A DNA stretch of 64,000 bases from Zancudomyces culisetae HAW-14-8 (GCA_052426225.1 JBNJNM010000013.1:1-64000), one strand, 5' to 3'. Counted from the stretch's first letter, positions 12,641 to 25,110 are shown. Made by a program: numbers and translations. Notes: generated by a model not told the origin, from the sequence alone.

Positions 12641-13524
12641 GCTCCAACACGGAAAGTCGGTCTTCAAGGTAATTTTTCCAATGAATCGGAAGAACTTTAA
12701 ATCAACCTCACAAACTCTGATAAATAATTTTGGAAATTCAAATTACCAACCTAATCACAAATTTACTTAGCACTATGTTTGACTATCTCAATTTTAATCT
12801 ATATTTAAAAAATATTTTCAGATCTAAGATTTAAAAATTATGCTATTTATACCAAATACCATTTTTAGTGATAATATCATTATCGTTACTAGAATTAATA
12901 TTTATTCTTATACTTTTCACAAATACATAACGATATCAAACAGCTGACTAAGTAACTTTAATATTTTTAATTATTTTAATAATAGTTTAATAGATATAGC
13001 TTTCTACACCTATTATTAGATAAATAATATATTAACTTTTTAAAGCAGCTTCGAATAGATAAATATGTAACTACCAACGAAGAACAATACATGGTTATTC
13101 ATATTTCTAAATCATAAAGAATATAACTATTATAATCAGATACAACCAACAACATTAATTTATAGATAGAAAGTAGCAAAAAGCAAGAACATAATATAAA
13201 ATATGCACATATTTAAATATCAAATTCAATTAAATTTACAAGTGACCGTTATGATAATACAATTACAATCTACAATCATAATTTGAGTTTATTAAAAAAT
13301 ATTTTACATTAATAATTCATTAATTCTACTTTAGTAAACTTGATTCAATATAAATATATATTCAAATCATAAAATCAATTATATTAATTCATAACACACT
13401 GAAGAGGAACAATAAATTGAACTAGAAACGAAATCTGCAGACCTTATTATTAAACCATAGATACATAATTATTACTTTGCAACAACATAGGACTTTTAAG
13501 TCATTATATAACTTTGTATATATA

Positions 13525-15074
13525 ATGTGAGTTTCAAAAATGTCTTAAAATATTGAAAATAAATTACAAAGTGTGATATCTCGCTCAATAATATCCAGAT
13601 ATTATATGTTTTTTATATTATATAATGCACAAATGTTACATAATAATTTTATATAAACTGTATTTTTATTGATTAAAAATTCATTATGAAATTAAAATTG
13701 AAAATTTTTTTAAAATGAGACTATTTTGGGAATATTCAAAAAAAAACTTTAAAATTCTGTCCACCTTCCGTTAGACTTGATAACTGCCTCAACTGTTTTG
13801 AGAATACTATCTATAAGACCAAGTATTGTTTCCACTGAAATTATATTCCATTCCGTTTCTATTCGCTCCCATAATTCGATCATCCCGGACGGAGGTTTAC
13901 TGTATCTATTTAGGCGTCTTTTGATGATTGCTCATATAGTTTGGATTGGGTTTAAGTCTGGAGATTGTGGCGGCCAGTCCAATGTATTATATTTCTGGTT
14001 TTCAAACCAGCATGTAACTAACTTTGAGGTATTTTTAGGATGATTGTCATGTTGAAATATTATTGACTTGGGATCAAACTTGTAGTACTTTATTGTATTG
14101 CTAAGCTCGTCTTTTAAAATGTTTAAATAACCTTCCTTGTTTAACATTCCTTCTGTTCGGCACATGTAGCCAGTTCCAAATGCTGTGATGCATCCCCAAA
14201 TCATTAATGATCCTCCACCGTGTTTTACGGTCTGGTTAATATTGTGCGGCTGTAGACTCACACCATCACGAACCCAAGTCCATTCATTTCCATCAGATCC
14301 AAATCTATTGATTTTAGTTTCGTCGGACCAAATTACTCGTCTCCAATCATCAGTAGTCCAGTGGCGATGAGATTTTGCGAATCTCAACCTTTTTGCAATA
14401 TTTTTAAGGCTCAGTTTCGGTTTGGAGGTTTTTTTTTTTGCAACGGCTTTTAAATCATTAAAAGCCCTACATATTGTAGACTAACTAGACCTAAAAACAT
14501 TATCCATTTCTAACTTCTTTTGATCGAAGTAGCAGATCGATACTCTACAGATAATACCATTCTAGTACACAATCGCTTGTTTAGCGGTGAAAGCTTTGCT
14601 GGACGACATCCTGAGTTAGCCGTGATATTATTCCTCATATTAGCTATAATTTTTGAAATTGTTGACTTGCTGACTCCACATGATATTGAGATATTGCTAT
14701 AACTTTTGCCCTCAAGTAGAGAATTTAGATATCGCTATTTTACTGGCTAGATAACTTTTTCATAATATTTTTTTAGGATTGTAATATATAATTTAATAAA
14801 TAAGTGCGCCAAGTTTAAAAGAATTTAAAATTATTCATAAATTTATGATAATTTAAATTGTATTTTTAAAAGTCACAAAACCGTTTCAATGTTTTAATTT
14901 TTATAATTTAATTTACTCGCTGGTTTATTAGCAAATCAAAATAATATTAATTATGTAAATGTGCTACTAATATATAATTATATATGTAAAAGCTAAGATT
15001 CTATGTATAATATTGGTGGAAAAATTACAATAGAACATTCTATACTAAACATTGAAACCGTTTGAGACTCACTG
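13525..15074 (-). mobile_element. Decayed Tc1/mariner (Tc1-type) DNA transposon
   Basis: Imperfect TIRs atgtgagtttcaaaa (13525) and gtttgagactcactg (to 15074), each flanked by TA; contains a transposase relic. Confidence 0.85.
13745..14763 (-). pseudogene. Tc1 transposase pseudogene
   Basis: WSDETKINRFGSDG, TVKHGGGSLMIWGC, FQHDNHPK, WPPQSPDLNPIQ (catalytic E replaced by Q), with stops and frameshifts. Confidence 0.92.
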
Positions 15075-15359
15075 TATAAAACCGACAAATAAAGAATTTA
15101 TTAATAAATTATTTTAACATGCAAAAATATGAATTAAATTTATGATCACTAATGTCGGAAATATTATGATCAAAAATTCAAGAGAAAAATCATAATTGAA
15201 ATAATACCATAAAAAGAATTTATTAATATTAGAATGTATCAATCATCATAAAAGTAAAAATACGAGTATGAAAAATGCGACCAAATATGGATGAAAAAAT
15301 AAGTTAGCGATTAACCAAATTAAGCGTATAAGAAATAGGCATTTATTATAATTTAATAA

Positions 15360-15830
15360 ATATTATATATATAGTTAAGATAACTCAATCGGTGTTACTT
15401 TAGCTCTTTTAGTAGATTAAAACGTATTAGTAACTTTAGGAAATAAAGACATTGAACAAGAAGAATTATGTTTAGTACAACTTTATTTAAAAGTCAAAAT
15501 AATAATAATTGTGCTTCGGCTAAAAGTTTAAATAGTAAATAGTAAATGGTAAAAGTTTAAAATTACAAAAATCTCAAGTCAGGTCTCATGCAGCAACTAC
15601 GTGCAGCCATCATCCAACAGTTCAAGAATGAGGGTCGTTACTCTCCGGACAGCGACCGTTCCGGAGCCACCTCTATGGAGTTGGATCATACCGAGTCACA
15701 TAATCCATTTGCTTTTGTTCAAAAGCATGCGCAGCTACAGTTCCTTAGCATGATAAACCCGACCAAAGAACGTGACCCGCCCGGTTTTGTCCGACAGAAT
15801 ACACACGACAGAAGCTACGTTACGAAATAA
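15360..15830 (+). repeat. Dispersed repeat copy 1 with short ORF relic ((S)GLMQQLRAAIIQQFKNEGRYSPDSDRSG...), probably a retroelement 5' fragment
   Basis: Homologous at DNA and protein level to 24690-25110. Confidence 0.6.
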
Positions 15831-17345
15831 CTATCCGCATAGTAAAATATACTCCCTCCTTTATTTCTTGCCCTGTATAAAATTTATCTTAGTCTAATTT
15901 AACTGCCTAAAAGGAATGAAATCCTAAAAGCTATAATTCTTGAAATTTTGTGATATGATTTTGGTTTTGAAGATACCTATTTCTTCCCCCTATTAACGCG
16001 TAGAATATCTATACCATATTCTGTTGGTGTTCTAATTTTATGTTATTGTTCAACAGCCATCTTTTGTGGAATATTCTGTACATACTTTTGAACTATAGTT
16101 GAAGCATATTTGATTCAGGCTTTGTGAAATGCCAAATTCCTGCTTAAAATATTCATCAATTTAGAGTGTACTTTTCTTAACAGGTTTATTGAATATTACT
16201 GATATGCGTGTACTTTAGTATATTTAGTTAAGGTTTTTAATTTCGATTTACTTGAAAAAGAAGTATAGCGGTTTACAATTCTAGTATGGTCTAATTCAAA
16301 TATTTACAAAAAGCTTTGTTGCTATATACTACAATAAGCATAACTGAGAATTATTGACTTGGCATAAAAACACATCTTTAATTTGTATTAAAGTTTCAAG
16401 TGTGTTATTGAGTGTAAATCAAATATTCAAATATTCAAACCAAAAAAAAAGAATTGAAGATTATATGCACATTAGTTCCATGACATTATTTTCATAGCAT
16501 AACTTTAATTTTTCTCATTCTATCATTATACACAGCTATTCTATTTATGCTACAACTATAGCCTGACAACATTTATTTTGAATGGATATCATGAATATGT
16601 ATAATTTATATCTAGCCTACTTCATTTAGCTACAATAAGCCTATAAATTTGATTGATCAAAAAAACTAAAAATGAATGAATGGTAGCTTATAATGCAACT
16701 TTACTCAACTATTGTTCTAGTGTTTTTAATATTGAATTTTTTGTTCTGGAGTGTGTGCTACTTTAGCTAAAGAGGATGTTTATTACTATTTTTATGAAAC
16801 CCCCTCAAATAGTTCAAATATGTACGGCAATGTTTTTTGCATAAATTGAGCTGCACAGCAATCTGTTAATCAATTCTCAAAGTTTGATCTCCATTAAGTG
16901 CTAACATCATGTCATAAACGATTTGTTACTATTTTTTCAATATGATAGCTCTTAAAACCTAACAGGTTAGCATATCATAAAGTACAATAAATATATTAGA
17001 ATTGATAATCTAGTCATATGATATTCGTATAGCGACTTACACACTTGGAGTTATGCATCATATGCACTACTACCTTTTTAAACTAGTAATTTCTCAACAT
17101 TTGCCAAAGGTTGATTGACTGTTTTAAAACGCAGTAGATCATAATTTATTATTTTGACAAAATTAACAAAATAGCTTATAACTTTACTTTTACAACACTC
17201 GTCTATACACATTATACTTTGATTTATACTCTAGACTTGTTCAAAACAAAAAAGTATATAAATCCAGCTGGTTTGGAGAATATTTTAAAAATTAAGAAGA
17301 ATAACAATTCAAATATCTACCAGATTATAATTATTAACTGACAAA

Positions 17346-17753
17346 ATGAAGACCATTATAATCGGAACAGCAGCTTTGGGACTAACCTTTGCAAACAGCA
17401 TGGGTGACTTGTCTTTACGCCAACACAATAGATACCCAATTGGACCAAACAGACTTTGTTCTTGTCGAAATCGCAGCGCTAGAATGAAGGTCGAAGTGTT
17501 CAAAGAGAAAAATCTCCAAAGTCCAGGTGAAACCCTAAATATAAGACCAAACAGATGTGTCTCATTACCAAGTGTCCTATCACTTCGATTTGACGATGGA
17601 CAACCAGGGCGCGGATGGGCTGCACTATGCCACAGTAATGACTGTAGTGGAAAATGTACAACTATAAGTAGAAAAGCCTGGCTTTACCCATATGATGTGG
17701 AAGCTGACAATGTTGGAGGACCTGCAAACTCTATGATTTGGTTCCTAGCATAG
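17346..17753 (+). CDS. Small secreted 4-Cys beta/gamma-crystallin-like protein, paralogue A (135 aa)
   Basis: Signal peptide, AAAATG start context, TATATAAA at 17255, and the family motif G-x4-C-x4-C-x-G-x-C-x4-R...S-x2-W shared with four other ORFs. Confidence 0.88.
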   Translation: MKTIIIGTAALGLTFANSMGDLSLRQHNRYPIGPNRLCSCRNRSARMKVEVFKEKNLQSPGETLNIRPNRCVSLPSVLSLRFDDGQPGRGWAALCHSNDCSGKCTTISRKAWLYPYDVEADNVGGPANSMIWFLA

Positions 17754-20387
17754 TTAGAGTCAATATTCGACTATTTTTAATGTATGGATATTTGATTTAG
17801 AGATAGAAAATCTTTTAAATATTAGAGCCAAAATCCATGAATAAAAATGTGCAGTGAAGTTCGTCAACAATAAATGATAATGTTTGGAGCAGAGTTGAAA
17901 AGTGGTTTTGCTAGGAATACATTTCAAATTGGTACAACCTAGATATTACTGTAACAGCCAGTAGATTTTACAGTTTGAAAGGATGTATATTTAAAAAAAG
18001 TGTAAGGATTTCATGTGACATCATTTATCACACTGAATGTTTTAATATAGATTGATAAATATGTTCAGCATTTATCTTCTCAAGCTTATAATATAGTTTT
18101 CAGTGTTAATTAAAGAGGTAAAAATGTGACGCATAATTATCTCATATAAGTAAATACCCGTAATATGAATAATTTGAGATTTAAAAGCATTGTCTAACAG
18201 TGCGAGAATACATGTATCTCTTTCACCTAACATGTGATTTATTCCGTGCAATTTTGTGTTAGGCTATTTAATATATCAAGTTTAATATGTTTAGTTGAAT
18301 GGAGTTTAAACAATTTTCATTGGGTAAATATTCAGAAACAATTATAGTATCATATTCCTGCGATACTTAGTTTTACAATGATAAGAATGATACATATTCT
18401 GATGGCATCTATTCATGACTTTTTAAACTACTATTTTATTTGGCATATTTTAATTATCTACTTATAAAGTGTTTTTTGTTTACCAAATGTATAGTCACTT
18501 ACTTTATTCTCTTTTTATTGATTTTAAAAATAGTCATATCCTTCGCTACATTCATAAATGATACAGTTTTTTTGTATAATTGGTAATGTTTAAAGTGTTG
18601 TTATTCTAAAATATGGTTTTAAATTATGGATGTAACATATTAGCTTTAATTCAAAATGTTACAAGGACAAAAATAAATAACTGTTTATAAAAAAATGTTT
18701 AGAAAAAGTGTTGTATGCTTGAAAGTTTTGAAAAACGCTAAAGGCTTATTACATCAACTTTGTAGCTTGGGTGTATGAGAATAAAAATATATTTTCAACT
18801 ATTTATTAATGTTATTCTTTACTTGTTAAAAAAAGTTATTAGCACAATCTGGACTATTATCAACTTATCAAAGTATATTATTATGAATTTAAAAAGCTAA
18901 ACAAAATATCAAATTATAGTTGTCCTAAACTTGTAAAGCATTAAATAAAACAAAAAGAATATTACCCAATAAACATAGCGAGAATCTCGTTTAATATAGA
19001 AAAAAATGAGTCAACTTCCGTTCATGAGGCCAAAAATAAATGTGAGAATTTTTAGGGCAAGTCTCGGGCATGTTATATTTACAAATCTTTTCAGCTCAAC
19101 TTCATGATCTCCGAAACTCTAAAATCTCAACACCCATACACTTTTACTATACATTTCTATCAAAAAAAAATTAAAGATGACCTTTTTATGAACAAATAGT
19201 GCGAGAGTGTGAGATCATACATTTCAATAAATAACCACCAAACCAATAGCTGTAGTATCGTAAATATTGTGATTGATCTAGATGATTACTACCTCACATT
19301 ATTTCTATATAAAAGTTAACATTCAATTATATTCTTTAGGCTCTAGTAAATTATCAAGTTCAGGTTTGCTAAGTTGATCGGCCTCAATTTTAATAAATTA
19401 ATGACTTTAGCTAGAACTAAAATAAAATCCCTGTCAGTGCGATAAATTAACTTTTTTTTGATCTAGTTCTTAATATGTATATTTGATTGTAACTTTTAAT
19501 AAACATAAATGACGTTTATAAAAGATCTAGAATGTTAAATAGAAGAAAGTGTACATAGTTTAATAATTATTTAATAGTAAAATAAAACTGGAATACTCAT
19601 GTTAAAAGTAAATATCAGAGAGAAGGTCAACTAAACTCAACTACCCACAAGCGAGCTGTATATTGTAGAAAATATGTATTTAAAATTCCATCTAACAAAA
19701 ATATAAAAATGTCAAAAATACCGTGATTTAGTTTAGTATCATTTCGTTGCACTCACAGATAGCTAACAAGCAAGAAGCAGTAATAAAATATAGTAGTGTT
19801 ATATGTCATAATAAAACTTCAGGCACAGGAATACAAATTAAAAAACTTAGAGGTACTGGCAGCCAAGATCTAACAGCAATTCGTTGTGTTTTTTCTAGTT
19901 AGCTAGTCACGCAGATGTAGGAGCTCGGTTATACAAACAAAATTAACACGGAATAAAGAGCCAGAGAATAGTACAGGATGGTTATAATCAAATTGTTGTG
20001 CCTTATTGCACTCTTTTCAGTTTCCGCTCAATCCCAAGATAGTGATCTAGCCAAATTAAAATCTTTAAAAAACTTTTTTCACATAATGGTAGTGTACTAA
20101 AAATAATAATTAAAATAATATAAAAATGAAAGGTTAAACTAACCTCCACACGGCCAACTTAGCCAAATACAAGGTATGTAAAAAAAAAGGTGAACTAGCC
20201 CCAAAGAACGTCTACCTTTCAAACTATAATGCAGGATTTGTAGATCTCAAATGTTGTCGTCGTAAAGTATGCAGACCTTACTGCCACCGTCACCGCCATC
20301 GAAAGTGTAGGCACTAGTGTAGGCAAAAGTATAGGCGAATGTTTTGGCCCCGCCAAAAATGTAGGCCATGACCACCACCACCACCAT

Positions 20388-21512
20388 TGTTTTAGAATAT
20401 ACATGTATCTTAACAATATTGAATATTAAATACAATATAATTAATTTATATTAATGATATACTTGTGTTTCAAATATTTTTATATTACAAGATTATATTA
20501 TTTATTTAATAATAAGTATCAGTTTAAAACATTAGATTGATACTCAAAATCAATAATAAACCTATCAACATTAATATTGTGTATATTAAATAATACGCTT
20601 TTTAGATTAAGTTATATATAAATAATTATTACAAGCTTAATTGTATATACGGAGATAATATACCTTTACAAGTAAAATTTGTTTGTATATCACATTAAAC
20701 GATAATAAAGATAATAACATGTATTATTGCATGATTACTGTGTGTTTTATACTAAATATTAATAATAGCTTTTATAAATTAACTGTGTGTTAATTTGTTA
20801 ATAATATCTTTACTTAGTATAATTTCGGTATCTAACACAGCAGTCACAGCTCCAAGAGCCACACCTGGTTCATGGGCAGTGGCAGCCCCATTTTAATACT
20901 CCTAAGAATAATTTTCGGGGTGGCAACAGCATCAGACCCCGAAAGTAAGGGGTTGACTGAAGCTCTTCCAGGAGGCATGGAAGAAGCTTACCGATCACCA
21001 ATGAGTACTCCAGGTGATCAAGGAAGGGTTCTGAATACCCTTTAATGCGCATTCTCGCACGGTCAAGCAGTGTTAGATACCAATATTATACACAATAATG
21101 ATGGTATTAACAAATTAACACACAGTTAATTTATAAAAGTTATTATTAATTATACTAGTTTAAAACACACAGTAATAATAAAATATTAGTTAATAATATC
21201 TTTATTATTGTTAAACGAGAATGACAAACATAATTGTTCATGAAAAGGAAATGAATCACCTTTTATACAATTAAGTTTGTTATAAATATTAATATAAAAC
21301 TTAAACTAGTAATAAAACCAATTATAATATACTATTAAGCGAACATCATTAATATGCACTATATTAATGTTTAAAACTAATAATATAATAATAATTAAAT
21401 ATATAAACTTATAATTAAATAATATTAATGATATACAAGATTATCATTAATAAACATTAATTTTTATGTATTTAATATACAATACTGTTGTGATACAAGT
21501 GTATTCATAACA
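20388..21512. repeat. Long inverted repeat: ~450-bp arms (20388-20837 and 21071-21512, each TGTT...AACA) around a 233-bp GC-richer spacer
   Basis: 34-nt perfect reverse-complement match 20770-20803 / 21105-21138, with similarity visible along the whole arms. Confidence 0.85.
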
Positions 21513-21844
21513 ACTAATAACATGATTTAATCCAATTAATGCTTTCAAGTTCAATCTCTTGATTAATTATTTGGTTAAAATGCAAACTTTTATTCCCCAT
21601 ATATGTAGATTATCTTTAATAAGATCGGCATACTAGAAAAGTCAGAATTAAAAAAACTTTGATATATATAGATTATTTAAAGCACCAGCTTGTACATTTG
21701 AACTTATAGCAGTAAAATAGTTTATTTCCACTTGCAATATTTAAATTAATAAATATCTATAGAGCAAGTGTCAAATCCAGTTTAGGTATTGAAACTTCTA
21801 TATACTAACTAGTAAAACCTTTTCAAATAGTTCTAAAATACCCA

Positions 21845-22255
21845 CTAGAGAGTCCATCCTACTGATTTTGCATAAGCACCAAGATCAATTCCTGGGATAT
21901 TATCTGGATAAAGTAGAATGCTTCTAGATGCGGTAAAGCAGTGCCCTTGACAGTCTGCCTCTACACAAAACGTAATATCTCCACTTCCTGGTTTACCATC
22001 GTCCATTTTTGCACTTCCGGTACTTGGAATGTTATAGCAGCGACCTGGTTTCAAATGTTTGATTTGACTTTTCCCTTGATAATGGGTTTTACTGAAAATC
22101 TCAAGCTTCATTTTTTTTTGATGATGACAACCGCAAAGGCGGTTGGGACTGTTGTCTGCTTGTTTGTTTTTGGCAGCTTGATTTGAATCTGCGATGCTGT
22201 ATGCACTGGTCATACCCAGGCTCAAGCACATCATGCTGAATACGGAGAACTTCAT
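21845..22255 (-). CDS. Small secreted 4-Cys beta/gamma-crystallin-like protein, paralogue B (136 aa)
   Basis: Signal peptide; shares PNRLCxC, DDG.PG.G and LYP with paralogue A; family Cys motif. Confidence 0.9.
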   Translation of the reverse strand: MKFSVFSMMCLSLGMTSAYSIADSNQAAKNKQADNSPNRLCGCHHQKKMKLEIFSKTHYQGKSQIKHLKPGRCYNIPSTGSAKMDDGKPGSGDITFCVEADCQGHCFTASRSILLYPDNIPGIDLGAYAKSVGWTL

Positions 22256-24689
22256 TTTTTGATTAACTTTTGAAAGATTTTTTCGTCTAATAAGTGAATT
22301 GTTTATTCTACTCGTGATATGTATTCTACTTTGGAGGGAATTGTAACCCCTTTTATACTTTTATTTCTCATGAAATATCTTACTTATACAAAACATCACT
22401 TCACTTTGTTAATATTGTAACGGGCTTATTGTTGCATTATACCTACACGTTTCTAGAATGTCAACTTTGAGCTACAAGTTAATATACTTTTCTAAATTCA
22501 AAAATGATAACCAATACGCTAAATTTAATTTTGAACGCTAGCCTCGACTTACAATTTTCGGTGTTTAATGTACTAAAAATTAATTAATTAATTATAAGTG
22601 GACTTAAACTCTAGGTTACAGTTTAATTAGTTAGCAAAACAAAAACGTTTAAATAAAGCATTTGTCTTTTAAATTAAAGCAGATCCGACTTATGCTTATT
22701 TGCACTTCCAGAGGTCTGCCCAGAATATAAATATAAGGCTTTTGTACATTTTTATCAATCATGTGAGGTCAACCTATGAAATAGTATGTCAGCTCACTAA
22801 TTTCTAGCAAATTTAATATCTTCATTTTATACAAGTACAAATATGGTTATCGTTAATAATTCAGAAATCTAGATTTTGTAGTCACGTAATGTGATTAGGG
22901 GTTATCTCAAATTCAAATGTAAACCTGCCGGGGTGAGTTTGAAACGGGCGTCAGGCTTGTATCAGAATCGAGTCGGTTAAGTCATTTAATTTATATGAAA
23001 CCGGACCCCAACTTTTACAAGGGTTAAATTACCCTTCGTTTTCAAACAGACCGAGAAATAAAATAAAAATAAGAAAGACACTTTACAATATTATCATAAT
23101 AATAATAATAATCTTAATATTTTGAATAGATTAAGGTTTGAGCATTAAAAAATAAAGAAAATTAAACGTAACTTGAAGAATAACTCTTGAACGTTATCCA
23201 GTACTGCGCCTAGTTACGGTGATGAGAGTTACCAGGTGATTATTTGTAAAGTGAACTACATTCAACAAGGACACTTTTAGTAAATACATTTTAGACTAGA
23301 TAGAAAAATAATAAACCTAGCCATAACACTTGATAATATTATCAGTACATAAAGTAAATAAATATGTTTAAAAAATGACAAGCAAGCATTATGAAGATGT
23401 GCTACTTTTCTTTATAAGTACGAGGTTTAGCGGAAAATATAAATTTTATCACCTTTTGAGGATACATATGAGCGAATGGTGAAGAATAGATAAGTGGTTA
23501 GACACAACATTCATTTTTTATAACTGAATTACAGGTAGTAAAGTAGCAACACAGGTTTTTGATAAATTTTTCTAATAATCTGCGCATTTCTGTCTGTTTT
23601 CTGTCTGTTTTCTGTGGGATATTATTAAAAAGTTATATATTAATATCAGGGTAAGCTATTCATAATACCTAAATGGCGCCAAAAAAAATTATCCTAGTCT
23701 ATTGTGCCTTTTCAGTAAGCTGCCTTTGTCTTTCAGGAATTTTCTATTTGTAAAAATAGTGTGTAAAAAAACATTGAAAAACACTCGTATTGAATAGAAA
23801 ACACCACTAGAATGTAGTTTCTTACTTTCGTGCCTGCAAAACCATAAACTCTTTGCGTTTAGTAAATAAATCTGCAAGTTTTGATGGGTTAGTATCCCAA
23901 GAGTTTTCTGGTTCTTGAGGAAGAGGTGATTTGTCTATTAAACTAGAATCAAGCTTTAGTCGATGAAACAGCGTATCAGAGTTCAATTTTGATACCGAGG
24001 TACTTGCTCCAGCGTTTATGTTGCTGGTAGAACTACTATTGTTGTTTGTATTTCGGGAATTTAGGTTTCCAAATCCTGATAAATCAAATGCATTTGTATG
24101 ACGGTTCCCAGATCGATTCGTATTAGCGTTTGTTTGTAGTGTTGGTAGCTATTCTTAAAAGTTATTTATATGACGGGTATTAGTATATTACTATGATATA
24201 ATGGCAACTACCTCTTGAGCAAATAATATATAAATGTCATACTGTTGCGCTGTTGGTTTTCCCTTTGACTGGACTATTGTGTTGCATCTCGGCTAATTAT
24301 CAAAGGTAGAGTTCATTAGCTTATTTTTTTATTATTTTTGTAGACTTAAGAGCTTGAAAGTACTTTATGAGTGTACCCGGATCGTGCTGGACACAATTAA
24401 AACAAATAAATATTTTAATTAACAGTATTTCAATCAACTAATATTCAACAAAAAAAATTTTAAAAATTATGATAACAGTTATCAATGAAATACAGATCGA
24501 ATAGTCACAGAAAAATAATAAAATTGAAATACTAAAAAAAATATTTTTTATTAAATAGTATATCGGTTGTTTGATATAAAAACAAACAGAACATAAAAAG
24601 GAATCAAACACCATAACCACAGGCAAGAACACAGTAAATCAATATTGAAACATACGTTAAATAAATATAGCTATAGTAGTTTTATTTAA

Positions 24690-25110
24690 ATAGTTATATA
24701 TAAACAAAGTAAGCCTCAATGAGGATTTCTTAGCTCTTTTAATAGTTCAAAATTTTATAAGAGTAAGAGAAAAGAAATAAAGAATACTTTAAAAGTAAAA
24801 TGTATTGGTTTTAGTTATAAAAAAAAAAGATAATAGTGCTACGGCTAGTTAAACTTATAAAACTTTAAATATTAAAATCTCAATCAAAATGTCAGGTCTT
24901 ATGCATAAACTGAAAACAGCATGGATCCAGCAGGCCAAGGATGAAGGCCGTTATTCATCAGACAGTGATCGCTCTGGAACCATCAATATGAAGGTGGACT
25001 CCAGAGAGTCACATGGCCCATTTAAAGAGCTTGTTGATCAAGCCTTTTTGCGTATGAGAAGCCTGACAACATGCGGGTATCAGACCGTTCTCTCTCAACT
25101 GGTCTTATAG
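24690..25110 (+). repeat. Dispersed repeat copy 2 with short ORF (MSGLMHKLKTAWIQQAKDEGRYSSDSDRSG...)
   Basis: Homologous to 15360-15830, including upstream non-coding motifs (ttagctctttt, gtgct.cggcta, aaaatctcaa). Confidence 0.6.

Larger units (their letters stand above)
3316..13500 (+). mobile_element. Decayed Penelope-like retroelement (endonuclease-deficient Athena/Coprina type), 5' end at the telomere, interrupted by a Gypsy element and a second insertion
   Basis: Plus-strand translation through stops and frameshifts gives PLE RT motifs in order: LPNFNIKLIIHKTPIEFRP (10781-), GSLD (10985), ITMGTNA (~11146), VDFLD (12071), YLKPLNLYG*IPFLSNH (12131), ISGELN*Y.RQC (~12206), ERLLAP*Y, FIIACKKSPNLGDYL (~12504-12548). 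No GIY-YIG domain follows. The outer boundaries are approximate. Confidence 0.75.

Noticed and set aside
20200-20435. GC-richer patch with (cac)n and short gtaggc repeats; small ORFs on the minus strand
   Set aside because: No start or stop context or recognisable domain; probably degraded sequence cut by the inverted-repeat arm.
23689-24320. Minus-strand coding-like relic (N/S/T-rich)
   Set aside because: Multiple stops and no motif I can assign.
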